From Tubulanus polymorphus (lineage: Eukaryota; Animalia; Nemertea): a stretch of 64,000 nucleotides of DNA. Below, in pieces: positions 38,062 through 51,526 of the stretch. The notes under the pieces are model-generated. The model saw only the letters and a list, made by a program, of their open reading frames with translations. It ran no database searches and had not been told where the DNA came from. The stretch is from NCBI RefSeq assembly GCF_964204645.1, contig NC_134031.1, forward strand, positions 14,061,807-14,125,806, given 5' to 3'. Numbering within the stretch: position 1 is the stretch's first letter; the number at the start of each line of letters is the position of its first letter. A program made the translations under genes and the position numbers.

Positions 38062-38990
38062 TTAACATGTTAGAATCCTTTTCATAATCTCATTCTCATT
38101 TGTTTCTTCCCTTTTAAATTTTAAGTATTCATCTAAATTGCAACCATAAGCAACTGTGTGTATACCATCGTCTGAAATATATCTTTTATCATCTCTTCAA
38201 TAAACATTTCATGATCTTTTGATTATACACATTTCATCTTATGTTTTCTAACTTCTTCATTGAATATACAATTGATGTAATCTTTGAAATGAATATTCTT
38301 TTCTAATACACTTTTTGTAATACCTTTCAACTTTTTAGCTTCATGAGTTTTAGTTTTATAACTATACATTTTAGATCGAATACCTATAAATTCAATCATT
38401 TCTTCACCTCCTAATTCATCCTTAAACTTTCCTGGCACCTTTTTATTATCATTGTTTAACAATTCTTGAGCTTTTGGATAATTACTAAAATCAAAATGAT
38501 GTTTTAATGTTTTTAAATCATCTGTTATGTTATTAGTTTTTATCTTTAATATATATGTAAGAATCTGTATCAAAATATAAGATTTCTATATGCTTTTCGC
38601 CAAAATGAGGTTATAATACGTTATAATAGAATTCATACATTAGTAACTTTGATATTTCTAAAACTGTTGCTCAAACATAAATTGGTTTATTAATTTTCAT
38701 TGATGTTCTCCTCATTTTAAGTGCAGCTAAATTTTCATCAAATATTCTGTTACCAATGAACTTAGGATATGTTTGTAAATGTCTTATTCTTTTACCATTA
38801 CTAACTAACTCAATATCATTTCTATTTCTAATATTTTCACAAGTCTTACCATAGAATGCATTATTCATTAACTTGAAGAAATCTTTCTCGAAATCAGTTT
38901 TAGCTTTAGTTCTCTGTTTGCTGTTAAAATCTATATATTTTTCTAACCATTTAGATTGACTGAATGATATATATCTATGTACATTTTTTA
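38062..38990 (-). pseudogene. Protein-primed family B DNA polymerase (pPolB), C-terminal part, disrupted
   Basis: KYIDFN..RTKAKTDFEKDFFKLMNNAFYGKTCENIRNR (motif B), DTDS (motif C), KKVPGKFKDE..EFIGIRSKMYSY, KLKGI, DKRYI....TVAYG. Confidence 0.95.
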
Positions 38991-40837
38991 CAGTGTAGAA
39001 GTACTTTCTGTAACTTTTCTTTTATGTAATAGTTATGACTGTATTTCTGTATTGTATCTCTTTAGTAAAGAACTTAAGTAAAACTTATATTATTATATAT
39101 ATATTATTAATTCAAGACCTTGTAAAGGGCTACTGACCAAATCAGTCCATAACATATGATATAAGACATAGGATATAAGGGATGATCGACTGCGCACGAA
39201 ATGCCAGCTGACTGTTGTTCGTTATGAACATCATACACTTAATCTTAGTATGCCCTTTTTGGGAAAACTATTAGGCAGACCTACATAAAAGAATACTATA
39301 GGAGAAACCGTAGTTTAGTCATATTTCAACAACTTGAATTCCTCTGGTAAGATGCATAGTTAACTATAGAAGACAAGGCATAGCCTTTCATCGTAAAATG
39401 TTATAGTAACATAATCATGATGTTTTTTCACTGTCGAATTATATACACTTAGCATGTCGTTTTCTTGTATTGCTTTCTTTTTTTCGTATTTATCTGTTCT
39501 GTGCAAATATCGTTTGTTGAGCAATAAACTTTGAAATACAAAAGTTGAAATCTACTATACGTGTTTATATCCAGAGTATCTTCGTATACGGCTATGCGTC
39601 ATCGGTGTACTCAAATAAATGAAAGATTGAAATCAGTGGATAAACATTCTATAAAGGGAGCCATATCAGTACAAGATGAATTTCCATTTTGGATCAGACT
39701 GGAGAAATACAGAAAAGACTTTGGAATCTAATAATGAAACTGTATTAATGTTTCAAAGGGGAACTAGCAAACTTAGCAGGGAGTATCTAACCACAACCAG
39801 TAAACCAGAATGTTTGAATAATATGAGAATGTATGGGTCCAATATTTTGGGTGTTGATGTTAAACATGACTTAATGTCTCTAGGCTTAATACATGTTTTA
39901 CCACTTATTGTGATGGGAAAAATGCTGGTAGATTGATTGGGTGATGTTGCAATCTGTAACAAAGGAGATACAAACTTTTTCAATCTTGTGTTTCAGTTCT
40001 TACTTGCCAACGTACCTAGCAGTGACAATAATTACAGTCAACCTAGTAAATTATATCGTTTTGATGATGGCAAAGGATCTTTCCGAGTAAGGCCTTGTTC
40101 AATGAACCATCCGATTAGACCATCATTTCAGCATGATAAAGATGATTCTGTGAAGGTGGCACTTTCATCGATCAATTGGAAATCAATTTCATGTAACTTT
40201 CATGCTTTTCAGGAATTCAGGCGGCATTTGGATGCCCTCAGTTGAAATTTATGTTGCGACCATTAGAAACGGCTCTGAAATGTGTCATGAGAGCATGGGA
40301 CAAGGAATCTCAAAGATGCTTTGGTAAAGCATTTAAAACATTTTATAAACCTTATACCCGATCATGTCATGTCAGCTATATGACTACATACTGGTTTGAT
40401 TCCCACTGGTCTGATTCATTTACTGACAGAAGACTTTACTGTATTCCACCAGAAGACCGGCGTAATCAATTGGCCATCACCGCCATTATCACCGAAAGAA
40501 AATTCCGAGGTGTAGAAGATACATACCTAGAGGACCATTTAAACAGACTTCTTTCTTATACTAGACCACTTTAGTCGTCAAATTATATTGTGGAATAGGA
40601 TTCCGATCTGAAGGCCGAGTCGCCCGGATATTCGGGCCGGTTCAATTCGGCACTCCGCGGTGCGGTCCGTTCGGGTGCTCCCTCTTCAGGCGGTTATTTT
40701 TCAACTATTCGAACGATAAATTTCACGGGTATTAAATCCCTCTTTTTAAGTTTTTAATGCTCGGTTCAGGCCGGAATTCTAATTAACTAATTTATGATGG
40801 AAAAGTTAGATCGAGCGTCGTTGTTGACAAAGTTAAT

Positions 40838-40976
40838 CACGTGTGATCGTGACGTCACGCGTCCCTCGTGACCTCGAACCAATGAGGCGCGTCGGGGACA
40901 AAGAACTCTGACCAATGGAGGGCATCGGGGACAAAAACTTCCATCCCTATATAAGAACTCTAGTTCAGGATTCATT
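40838..40976 (+). promoter_or_regulatory. Compact RNA Pol II-type promoter
   Basis: E-box CACGTG 40838, CRE TGACGTCA 40850, CCAAT at 40879 and 40912 in a 33-bp tandem repeat, TATATAAG 40948, Inr-like TCATT 40972, ATG 41003. Confidence 0.6.
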
Positions 40977-41804
40977 TTTCGATTGGCATCGCCGCGAGAA
41001 AAATGGACAGTGATATAAACGAGCGACTCTCGATCGACTTAAGTCTAAGACAATACGTGACACGACGTAAGCACTACCTCCTACATCCCGTCTTAGGGGA
41101 TGTGATTACTTATTACCACAGTTAAGATAGTTGATATATTATTATTGTTGCCTTGCCGCGGCCTTGATTGCACGGTTTTTGCGGTTACCGCCATGTTCTC
41201 TTGTCCAAATTCCTTATCCTAATCAATCATTATTAGAATATCTTATCAAGGGTCGCTCCTAATGATGACCTTGTAATTTCAACCTAAGTGGAATTACTGT
41301 ACCGGGTGGCTGGTGTTCGGTAGATGTCCTCACAGTCGTAACGGTCGCTGCCTTCAGTCCTGATGGTACAAGAATGGTAGACGATGGCTACTGGTGTGGA
41401 TGGTACAGCCGCACTGAGGGTATTACCGGTGTAAGATGAGGTTGGTGTGGAAGATTCAACCGCTGACGGGAATGGTACATTGGTCCTTGGAACGACGAAG
41501 AATGAAGCAGACCTATGCAGTCCACCGAATGATGTCCGATGAGATTCTGCAGAGACTGCACGCTGGCCGAGTACCGACCCTGTCGCTAGATCCATCCCCC
41601 GTCTTACCTTAATCCTTCCTTAGTTAATCGGGGCTTATCCGTCCTATATCTCGTATAGTATTATCGATCGACGATCGACCGTTTTAGTATTAAATTGCAA
41701 AGTATTAAGTATTATTATTGAGTCGCCACATCATTGTGATGCTGGGACTGGGACACGGCGAGGGTTATTCCTCTCCGTCTCCCAGTCGCTCATATTCCGA
41801 CCTA

Positions 41805-42760
41805 CACTCTTAGAACAAAGGGTTCTACCGTAGAACCTTTAGGAATTCTTGGGCTTGCCTCCCAGGGAGAACCCCTAAAGGTTCTTCAAAGAACCTTTTT
41901 TGCAGGGTTCCTTGAAGAACCCCTGGTAAAGGTTCTTTGAAGAACCATTTCGTATGAAGGGTTCTTGTTAGAACCCTTTCAATATTATCAAATGGTTCTT
42001 GACAGGGTTCTTGGGAGAATCATTTAAAGGTAATTTATTTTTAGGGTTCCTCATTCATTTTTTGACTGCTCAAGCTGTTCATGATTTGTCCATCCTCTGT
42101 TATGTTTGACTGCTCCCTTAATCCTCATGTGGATAAAAAAACTGATGATAAGAATCGCGTAAAATTAATATCATATTAACCTTTTTATTATAAAATCTCA
42201 TGAATTGAAATATTAATGATAAATATGTTTACAATAAATGATACAAAAATAGTTCCACTAATTGGTTACATGTACAATAAGATTGAAAGATGGAGAATTT
42301 TTTTCAGTGCGCTAATCGCTTGGTATCTTAAATCGGTTGGGATTTTTTCCACACTAAGTCTAAAACGCACTGCCACCCTCGCAACCTTTCAACCGCAGCG
42401 TCCGGATTATAGTCGTATATTTCCTGAAATATAAATAATATTGAGAACAATTAATGGTGTAATAAAATCGATTATGTTTTGCAATAATGCACACTCTGCA
42501 AGTAAATCTAAACACTTTCTTGTATTACATGCATAAGTTCCAAATACATTTACCAATAGAAAAGACAAACGGTTAAAGTTAACAGTGGGATTAGATTCAG
42601 AAAAATACGAACCTTTTTAATGGGTTTCAGGTCTTTCGCATCCTCTCTCAAAATCCCTGGTAATACGTGAAGCTCTGCTGTTCTCATCATATCTGAAAAC
42701 CAGTGAATATGTAGATTGAAAATGATTATCTTCTATCAAAATACAGTCACACAGTAAAGG
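41805..42760 (-). mobile_element. EnSpm/CACTA-type transposon end with decayed accessory-gene exons
   Basis: CACTCTTAGAAC terminus followed by ~250 bp of GGTTCT/AGAACC subterminal repeats; minus-strand exon AELHVLPGILREDAKDL resembles SAMD3-like EnSpm ORF2. Other end not found. Confidence 0.55.
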
Positions 42761-43577
42761 CTCATTGAGTCAAGATTTACTAACCTATTTCTGCAATTTC
42801 GCTACTTCGAAGGAAGGAAGCGACACGATTGCCAAATGTACAGACTTCGTACATTACTTTAATTCTTTCCGCCATAGGTCCGAGATTGGAAAAACATCTT
42901 TTGCACCGCGGTCTCACAATATGGTCAACTTCCATGGAACAATTTCTATAATACAAAAGTAATGGGAAAGTTTTAAATAATAATTATGGCTGATCCGATT
43001 CCGAGTCACTCCGGCTTTATGGCCTATATTTCATATATTTCAAATATCACAAATGTTATATACTTTCATTGAATACTACTTACCAGAATTAATTCACATT
43101 TCCAAGCTCCAGATATTCATCTTACAAAACAACGAAAAGAACGAGTCGATATACTATATGCACTATGCACTGGGCGTAGTTTGTATGAGTCGTGGTGGCA
43201 GATAATTATACAACAGTTAGTTGCATGAACAAAGGAATAATTGCCTGATCATGTACACATGGCCCTATAGACACGAACTACAATAGCATGATACTTATTA
43301 GGCCCAAAGCATTACGTTACTTTGAATTTCCACTATACTCTATGTTTTTATTCAACAAAAAATGTACAATGACTTCGACTGAATGTTTTGATAGAAATTG
43401 AGCCGAAAATACACACAATTCTCATTTTTGAGTTGCATTAGAACTTTGAATTTACTAGTTCTTTTTAAACTGCACAGTCCATTCAGAAACGCCTAGAGTT
43501 TAGAAGAGTTTAATTGTTTTTTTAAAGCATTAAAAAGCATTGTTCTATTCTCTGCCGTCTCTCCATAAAACCTAGTT

Positions 43578-43683
43578 GATGTCTCAGACTAGCAAATCAA
43601 GTTATTCAGTCTCTACATATTATTATCAGTCGATGTCTCAGACTAGCAAATCAAGTTATTCAGTCTCTACATATAATTATCAC
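43578..43683. repeat. 54-bp tandem duplication
   Basis: gatgtctcagactagcaaatcaagttattcagtctctacatat at 43578 and 43632. Confidence 0.9.
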
Positions 43684-43964
43684 GCATTAAAGGCGTTCAA
43701 CACACATTTTAAACATACGACTTTTTAAATCTTAAAGGACGAATTAAAATGAAGGTTCATTAATTTAAAAAATGCATCCTTGTCGCACACGGTCACCAAT
43801 TTTTAGATATTGTGATGATACATAGAAAATTGTTTTCAAAGTTAACCCAATTCTAATTTCCAGTCAAAATGTTTTGTATATAACCTACACCACATAGAAA
43901 ATCAGTTATATTCATCAGCTATACGAATTATTCCCTGTTGCAGTTCTACTTAATTCTTAATTGA

Positions 43965-44145
43965 CAATTGTGGCACCGGTTAAGAGATGTGAGGTTCGAT
44001 GGGTTTGACAATTGGCCAGAACATTCTGAAACAGGATTGCGATGTTGAAACTTTTCTCGGGCCCAAAGCAGGATCAAATGCAGGAAGTGTTAAGTTGGAC
44101 TCTGTCTGAACAAAGAACAAGACTGTTTTTACCTATACGATACAA
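43965..44145 (+). pseudogene. piggyBac (PGBD2/3-like) C-terminal cysteine-rich domain remnant
   Basis: DVRFDGFDNWP....RC......KCRKC.VGLCLNKEQDCF. Confidence 0.7.
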
Positions 44146-45289
44146 AATAGTATGTTTGATAGAAGTGTTGCATAGTAGTGTGAGTTCTATTTCCATGAAT
44201 TTAATTTTGTGCTGTAGATGGCTCAGAGTATTTGTCTGCACTTTTTGGGAACCTTAGTTACGATGATAATACTGATTCGTGTGCAAAGCAGGATCAAGTA
44301 AGTGAAAATAGGGACTCCTAAAAAAAGAATTACTGTTTGTACTTATAACATACATATCCAGTGGCTGGTTAAACTGGTGTGAAGTAAAAATCTGTCACGT
44401 AGGGTACCGGTATGCAAAATATTATTTCATTGAAAATCAAACAAGAAAAAATATATATAAAAAAGAACTCAATTTTGATAAGTGTGAACTTTAATGATAA
44501 CTGACTTTTAACGAGAATGAAATCTTCGAAAAATTGATTATGGGCCTTTTGTCTGAACAAATGTTCATAATTGTAATATCCCTTGAATGATGTAAAACAA
44601 CTAAAACTATGAGTGACCCGATAAGATACGGTACAAACTTGGTGTGAGCCTGGGTTTCATCGGAGGTTTTTTCATTTTTATCATACGGACCAATCAGGAC
44701 AGAAGCCCCCAAGTTCTTCAAATTTCAGGCCAGTCAGTGCCGGTTACTGACGACACAAAGTTCATCGACTGACATGATTAATAATAATTTCACGATAGGA
44801 TCGCTTTAAGTTGCTTACATCTTCACTCAGACAAATTGTTGTTCCGCGCGACCTACACCGTGGCGCGTGTACTCTATAACTGATACATACACGCAGTGAA
44901 CACGAGAGTATAAGGCTATATAGCCTACGCGACAACACACAACTGTTTTCAATGCGAACGCTCCACTGTGCCCCAGTTAACAAACTAATACAAATAATCA
45001 GTCTCCAAAATGGATCGCTAATGCGAAAATTGATAAAATGACTTCAATTAATGATGATAAAACAAGTATTCCAGCCGTGTTAATATCAGACTCATCTCTA
45101 AAATTCGCTGCTATCAGTGAATCAGCCGTGCGGTGAACACGGAAGTAAATTTCCGCATTTTGAAACCACATTTTCGTCAGATATCTTGATGCAACGTTAC
45201 CTTATGCACAGGATATCGAAATTAGACACATCGCACACAATAAATCGTTATATCATACGCCTTGAATATCAGTATTTTCGCCAGAAATG

Positions 45290-47359
45290 ATGTTGATACA
45301 TGTTATGAATCACTCGGAGGATATTTCCTGTAATTCCCGTTAAAATTAATTTATGCCACAGTGCTTTTCTCCATATTGTATCGAATGCTTTTTGGTAATC
45401 AATAAATATACAGTAAAGCTTCCGCTTATTACTAGTCAGAATATCTATAAGGGAATGCAATGTGAAAATATGGTCCATGACACTACGATTTTTTCGAAAT
45501 CCAGCTTGATTTTCATTCAGTAATTGGTTATCCATCAAAAACTCCTCTAAACGTTTATTAATCAGGCTCGTAAACAATTTGCTCATACAGCTTAATAGAG
45601 TAATTCCTCTGTAGTTATCCGGATTGGAAGGGTCTCCCTTATTCTTAAAGATTGGAGTGATAATACCTACAGCCCACTCTTCCGGAATGCAGCCAGTTTT
45701 CAAAATATTGTTAAACAACAAAACGAGGGTAGGCATGATTTCATTTTCTGCAGTTTTGAGGAATTCGTTTAAAATTTCGTCGTTTCCAGTGGCTTTATTA
45801 TTTTTGAGGCATTTTATACATTTAGATATTTCTCCCTCAGTGATTAGCCTATTAAGTGCATCATCATTGTGGTCATGAAGGAAGTCATTCACATTGAAAA
45901 AATTACGATTATCATTTTCTGCACTACGGTTTTGGTTAATGACGGAAAAGTGGTCAAATAAATCATCTAGCGACGCTTTACATTCATTTGGTTTTTCCTT
46001 TCGGAAATATTTCCAAAAAGCTTTTGGATCGTCTTTTGCTAACTTTCCTATTTGGTCATTGTGCAATTTAACTTTCTTTTGTTTTGGTATCTTTATCGAT
46101 GTTTTATACCTCTTATACGCCGAATTCAGATTAGTTCTATTTTGGACGGATCGATATCTTTTATAATTTCTTTTCGCTTTCCTATAAATTCTACGGTCTC
46201 GTTTCACTTTATAGTCATGTAACAAAGTTTTTGGTTTGTCAAAGTTAACCCGGCTTCGGCCCATTGTGGCCCCTGCCGCCTTATTTAAAATGTCGCATAT
46301 ACGCTTATTCGCACAGGCGCTGTCTATTATATCATTTTGAAGTTCGATATTTATTTTATTCAATTCGGTTTGGTTGATTGCCTCTCTAAAAACATCGCTT
46401 CGACCACTGTTCCATTTAATTTTACCTGGTATGTTAGGCATGTTTTGTACATTTGTATATGGACTTCTCGTGTGTGAAATAGAGAAGGAACACGTAACAG
46501 CACAGTGTACGTCTGAAATCATTTGGTCATAGTCGTTTACATTGAAGTTCACGCATTTTGACAACAAATAGGGAGACATAATAAAGTAATCAATAACATG
46601 GTTATTTTCCCCTTTGATGCACGTGTACTCACCGATTCCTTTATCCCTACCTAATCTGCCATTTGCAATGAACATGTTGTGATTTTTACAAAAGTCTAAC
46701 AAACGATAACCCCAATTATTGATAGAGGAGTCTTTGTTTTTCCTATTGAGTAGACCTTGTATTTTTAGTGCATCAAGGTTATGACGATCTTCCACAAAAA
46801 CTTCGTCTAGGCCTAGGAATTCCATGAGTATTTCGTCATGGGGTAAATAGTCTAATAACTGCTTTGTGTAGGCATTGAAATCGCCACATAGACAAAAATA
46901 AGCATCGGTAGAACTCATTCGGTTTATAACGTCAGTGTCGAGTTCATCGAATAAGTTAATATTTCCATATCTACTAGTTTCTGGGGGAATATATACTCCT
47001 CCAATTAACAAATGTTTTTTCCACCCTAGGAATCTCTTATCAATTTCAATCCATTGAATGATATTGGTTGATTTATGAATAGTTTTAATATATCTGTTTA
47101 GACTTTGCTTAAAAGCAACCAGGATTCCCCCAGATTTCCTTATAGCTAGATTTGATCTGTTATTCATGACTACTTCGTAACCGACACTTTTAAAATACTC
47201 TTTTACCCACAATTCATCGGAATCATCAAGTTTGGTTTCAGAAAAAACTAAAATATCAGCTGACTTGCATAAACTATCAAACTCTAGAGTATATGATCTA
47301 GATTTCAAACCACAAATATTCAGACACAGGATACTAATTTCTCCTGGCTCGGCGCAATC
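45290..47359 (-). CDS. LINE ORF2: APE endonuclease + N-terminal RT, 3'-truncated
   Basis: ILCLNICGL, SETKL, GGVYIPP, CGDFNA, IDYF, SDVHC (APE); NYRGITLLS, NQAGFR, FIDYQKAFD (RT). Homology stops after HNMYQ. Confidence 0.93.
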
Positions 47360-48613
47360 CTATTCTGGAGCTGTTGCTAGCGGTTGGGATAGATGTAATC
47401 CACTGTCCATATCCAAGACGAACCTGGCGTCTCGGAGCGCTTCGTTTACTGATGATTGTTCAGGTTCAGACGCTACTCTGGCTCTTTTTTCCGGAGGTCT
47501 AACGGTATCCCGTTTACGATTTCCAGCAGGCGCGGTTTTACGGGTGCGCGATTTCGTAGAGTTGGTCAGTGTGGCGTATTCCTTGCGGCTGGTTGTTTCG
47601 TTCGCACCAGATGTTGCATCATTATTAACAGCAACTTGAAGTGGCAGGGTAGGTGAAGCTCGAAACGTAAAACCAGAAAAAGTACTTTCATCACGGGAAG
47701 GGGTTACATCGGGCTCTGTCGCTGGGGTTCGGTTTCTTTGAGCCGGCGCGTTGCGGTTTATCGGTTGCCTATGTGGCACGGAGCGACTTATCAATCGCCC
47801 ATTACTCGCTATTTTAAGTTCTTTCTTGGCTTCTGGTATAAAATCTAGAACTCTTCGGAAGTTTATGTCATTGAGACGTTCCGCATGTGATTGGCTTGAT
47901 CTCAACCAGACATCAGTGAACTTAGGATTTTTTCTAAGATTATGTTTCTTTCGCAAGACATCGATTTTAATGGCTTTTGTTTTCAACGCGACCTTTACAA
48001 GCGGATTTCTCTGACCATTTCTAATCGGCAATTGCTTGTGAGCTGTGATTGCTTGTTTATGGCCAAGATAGTCAAACATTTCTTCGCATGTTTTTTGGAG
48101 ATCAGATTGGAATTCTTTCTTCAAGTCGCTCAAGATAATGCAGAGTTCTGCACAGTCTAGTGGGTCGGGGCAGTTTGCAGTGAGGCCTGAGTTCACTTGG
48201 CACTGCAGCTCTATGCAGAGGCTTTCTAATTTATTTATATCTGCCCTTGCGGCTTTAAGGCTTGTGGTGAGGCTGTTTACTTTCCCTGATGTGAAGTTCA
48301 AGTCTGAGATCAACTTTTGATTTTCATTTTGAAGGTCGTCGTAGGATTTGCTGGTGTATTGAACCGAGTCAGCGAGCTCGTCGATAGTTTTTGATTGGTT
48401 TTGTAGTTTTTCATTAATACTACTTATGTCAGTATCATGGACACGAACTGTGGTTTTCAAAGAATCGAAACTATCGGTCATTTGTTTCTGCTCAAGTTGA
48501 ATATCATTCAAGCGCTTCATGATGTCAGCGACTGAGCTTTTCATAAAAGATTCAAAATCTGATACTAAGTCTGATTCTGGTATATCACCAGAGCATCGGT
48601 TGTTTCGTTCCAT
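47360..48613 (-). CDS. LINE ORF1 (coiled coil + RRM-like/Tnp22-like domain + disordered tail)
   Basis: Long heptad region, then PLVKVAL..K..VLRKK.NLR....VWL; immediately upstream of and in frame with ORF2. Confidence 0.85.
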   Translation of the reverse strand: MERNNRCSGDIPESDLVSDFESFMKSSVADIMKRLNDIQLEQKQMTDSFDSLKTTVRVHDTDISSINEKLQNQSKTIDELADSVQYTSKSYDDLQNENQKLISDLNFTSGKVNSLTTSLKAARADINKLESLCIELQCQVNSGLTANCPDPLDCAELCIILSDLKKEFQSDLQKTCEEMFDYLGHKQAITAHKQLPIRNGQRNPLVKVALKTKAIKIDVLRKKHNLRKNPKFTDVWLRSSQSHAERLNDINFRRVLDFIPEAKKELKIASNGRLISRSVPHRQPINRNAPAQRNRTPATEPDVTPSRDESTFSGFTFRASPTLPLQVAVNNDATSGANETTSRKEYATLTNSTKSRTRKTAPAGNRKRDTVRPPEKRARVASEPEQSSVNEALRDARFVLDMDSGLHLSQPLATAPE

Positions 48614-51526
48614 TTTGTAGTCGCACGTCAAGCAGCCGAATAAGTGTTACACAACGAGTTAATACACACTACGCAGTTAGACCACAAAACTCCTAGCTAT
48701 TATATGGCTATCATGATTATCTTAAATTAGAATTCGATCACCATCACTATCATACATCAATAGATCCGCTCGTGTATTGTGAATCACTTTGAAAATAACC
48801 CGAAAGTGGAAAGAGGTATAATACACTGTGCCATAAAAGATCCAGTTGCGAGACGATACTGTGATTCAGCTAAACAACTTTCCATTAATTCCGTTAATAG
48901 AAATAAAAGCAATCAAGAATACATTTAGAATATATCAAAGAACATTTGAATGTTTTGCCTTGCATGCTAGTAAAAAATAGATAACTGATTTGTGTTGAAC
49001 CAGTGCCTTTGGGAATAAGACGAAAAGCTTATTTTGTGGTAGTGGTTCATGTAATGTGAATTCTGTTATGGCTTTTTTACTGAAAACTTCAATAATATCT
49101 ATAATTTAGGTAGGTAAGATAATAATTAGTAATTACTAGTTAAAGCAAGTTTCATCTTTTATTGGTAGGTCGACGTATTGGTTTGATGTCTGCTCTGGAA
49201 TTCTATTACTGACGAAATATAATTACATCCAGTTGAAGAATTAACTTATAGGATTTGAAAAAAAGACTTCAGTTTATATAAAAAATCCCGTTAGGAAATT
49301 CCAGTTCAGTAAACAATTCCATTCAACCTGAACAGCAAGCAACGATCTGGGGCTTTTAGCGTCGTCATTATATAGGCCTACTTTGAAATTCTGAAATAAC
49401 TGAGCCATATTGACTGTATTTTCTGCTCTCGATTTCAACGAATAAATAGTCCGAAAGTTAATATTAACACATAGACTATAAAGGCACGCTATGGTTAACA
49501 TAATAGTGAAAACGATAAGTCTATTGCGACACAGATTAAAATAATTGGTAATGAAAACTAGTGTATGGAAAATAGGGTCTGAAGTGCTGACTCCTACACC
49601 CTAAATTCTAGTAAAGAAATTATTTTTTCATGTGTCCAATCAGTATTTGATGAATCTATGCTAATGAACCTACATACAGATCGCATAGGAGACACTTTAG
49701 GTGATGGTCTCACTGTATAAACTATAGGGTTGCTAATGTTCACCTATTGATGACGATCGTTCAGCCGCTCTCAAGAGCTATCAAGAATTCTTAGTTTTAA
49801 TCCATCCCTAAATAAATTGGGCCATTTCTATTGAAGCCCGTTGCATTATACAAAAACAAGAGCATATCACCATAGTTGCACCATGGGCACGCTATAACAA
49901 AAACAACTGAGGAGGTCAATAGTCAACGGGATCCAATATTCGCTACTCTGCTTTAAAATTAAAATGGACTTACGAAAATTCGAATACATCTCTGCAGTTC
50001 GTTTCAGATCTTGCAAGAAAAAAGGAAAACCACACTATCAATAACGATGATGTCTAAAATGTGCAATGAACATCTTTAGGCAAATACTGACCTTCAAATT
50101 CAAACATTGTATATATAGATTAATGATACAAAATATGATATACATTGATACACATAATTTAGTTATCGGGCCCATTGCAGGTCTACGAAATTTTCTGATA
50201 TATTTTGAATGTGTATTTGTGACGCATTCATACGGTTGTTGATTGATAAGCGTGAGTCTATCCGGGTAACGGGTAATAATCCGCCACATGAAAATCTCGC
50301 CCTTCCAAATTGAATTTCATAACATGTTAATCGATGATTCTCATCTTGATTAAGAAAAACATATAATGATTTGACTATTTCTACTGAGCACTAGATGATC
50401 GACAGTAATCCCTTCAAAGTGTTAAAAAGCGATAAATTCGCCATATAAAACAAAAGCGATCAGACCATTTTAATACCCCGATAACACTGATTTAGGCACG
50501 GGTATTTGTGCGATAGATTATTGCTGGAGATTTATAATAAAATTCAGAGCACTCATGCAGCATTGTAGTAAAGATTGACTGTTTATTTCCTGATGCTCAT
50601 TGTGGCCTATAGGCCTACACAAGAATGGAGATCAGATGAAATGAAGTCCTGTCATTCAACCAAACGGATATTCAATTAATTTCATTAATAAAGAAGCAAA
50701 CAAAACTAAAGAAATAAAATCGTTTCTTTGACAGAATTTGAACTTGGACCCTGAATGCTTTGTTTTGCACACACTCAGCTGCTAACAAAATAAACAACGG
50801 TTTGTTTTGGCTATTGCGCATGCAGTGACGTCATTGTAGTGTATAATACTAATTCTTGTGGTTTTTATTGGAGGTTGGAAAATAAATGCGCTTACACTCT
50901 ACAAATATGTTTTACACTCTATCAAGCATCAGAATTTGATAAAGTAACTTCCCTATATTAATTGTGACTTTTATAATTACGGGAACTTTGTACCAGGTTT
51001 TGGAACTTAAGATTTCGATCGTTATAATATATTATAAAAAGATGTATAGTGCAACCCACTGGAGGTTTCAATTTAGGCCTAGAATAGTTTTTTGAGTTTT
51101 TCTTTATTTTCTACTTGATTTAAATTCGATTGCCTGGCAGGTTTAGAATTTTTAATGCTGCGTTAACTCTCAGATCCGTAAATCACGGTATTTGACCATA
51201 TTGGGCCATTAGAAAGACGGGAAATTATCGAAGGCTTCGATTCCGACATTCCATGTCAAAATGAGTTCCCGGAACTCACTGTTGCTGGGTTTTTGGAAAC
51301 GCTTGCCATCGAGGATGGGAATTTGATTATTCTGGTGTCCGTTTTGTGCAAATCAATGACATAATAACACGACATCGCCAATTCTAAGCCGGCTTGAAAA
51401 TGAGGTTAAGTGGTTCCCGCGGCTTCAATTCAAAGAAAACAGGTTTTCACCTACTTCAAATTTAAGCCGAAAACAGGGAAATTAACTGTATTTTCCTTAT
51501 TTGTCGCATACACCCTTTACTGTGGT

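Larger units (their letters stand above)
30241..38990 (-). mobile_element. Endogenous Polinton/Maverick (adintovirus)-like virus fragment
   Basis: Sharp drop in GC; dense, intronless, co-oriented ORFs with ~10-35 nt spacers; protein-primed PolB and major/minor capsid-like genes; truncated within polB on the right. Confidence 0.9.

Noticed and set aside
30400-38990. Bacterial or organellar contamination (very low GC, dense ORFs)
   Set aside because: No Shine-Dalgarno pattern, the genes are Polinton-type, and the many stops and frameshifts indicate decay in the host genome.
39575-39610. Possible second hammerhead on the minus strand (CCGATGA...CGAAG)
   Set aside because: Both core boxes deviate from CUGANGA/GAAA and stems I and III are unconvincing.
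45624-48320. Plus-strand ORFs overlapping the LINE (and similar antisense ORFs over BEL, piggyBac, the virus and KolX)
   Set aside because: Shadow frames opposite well-supported genes.
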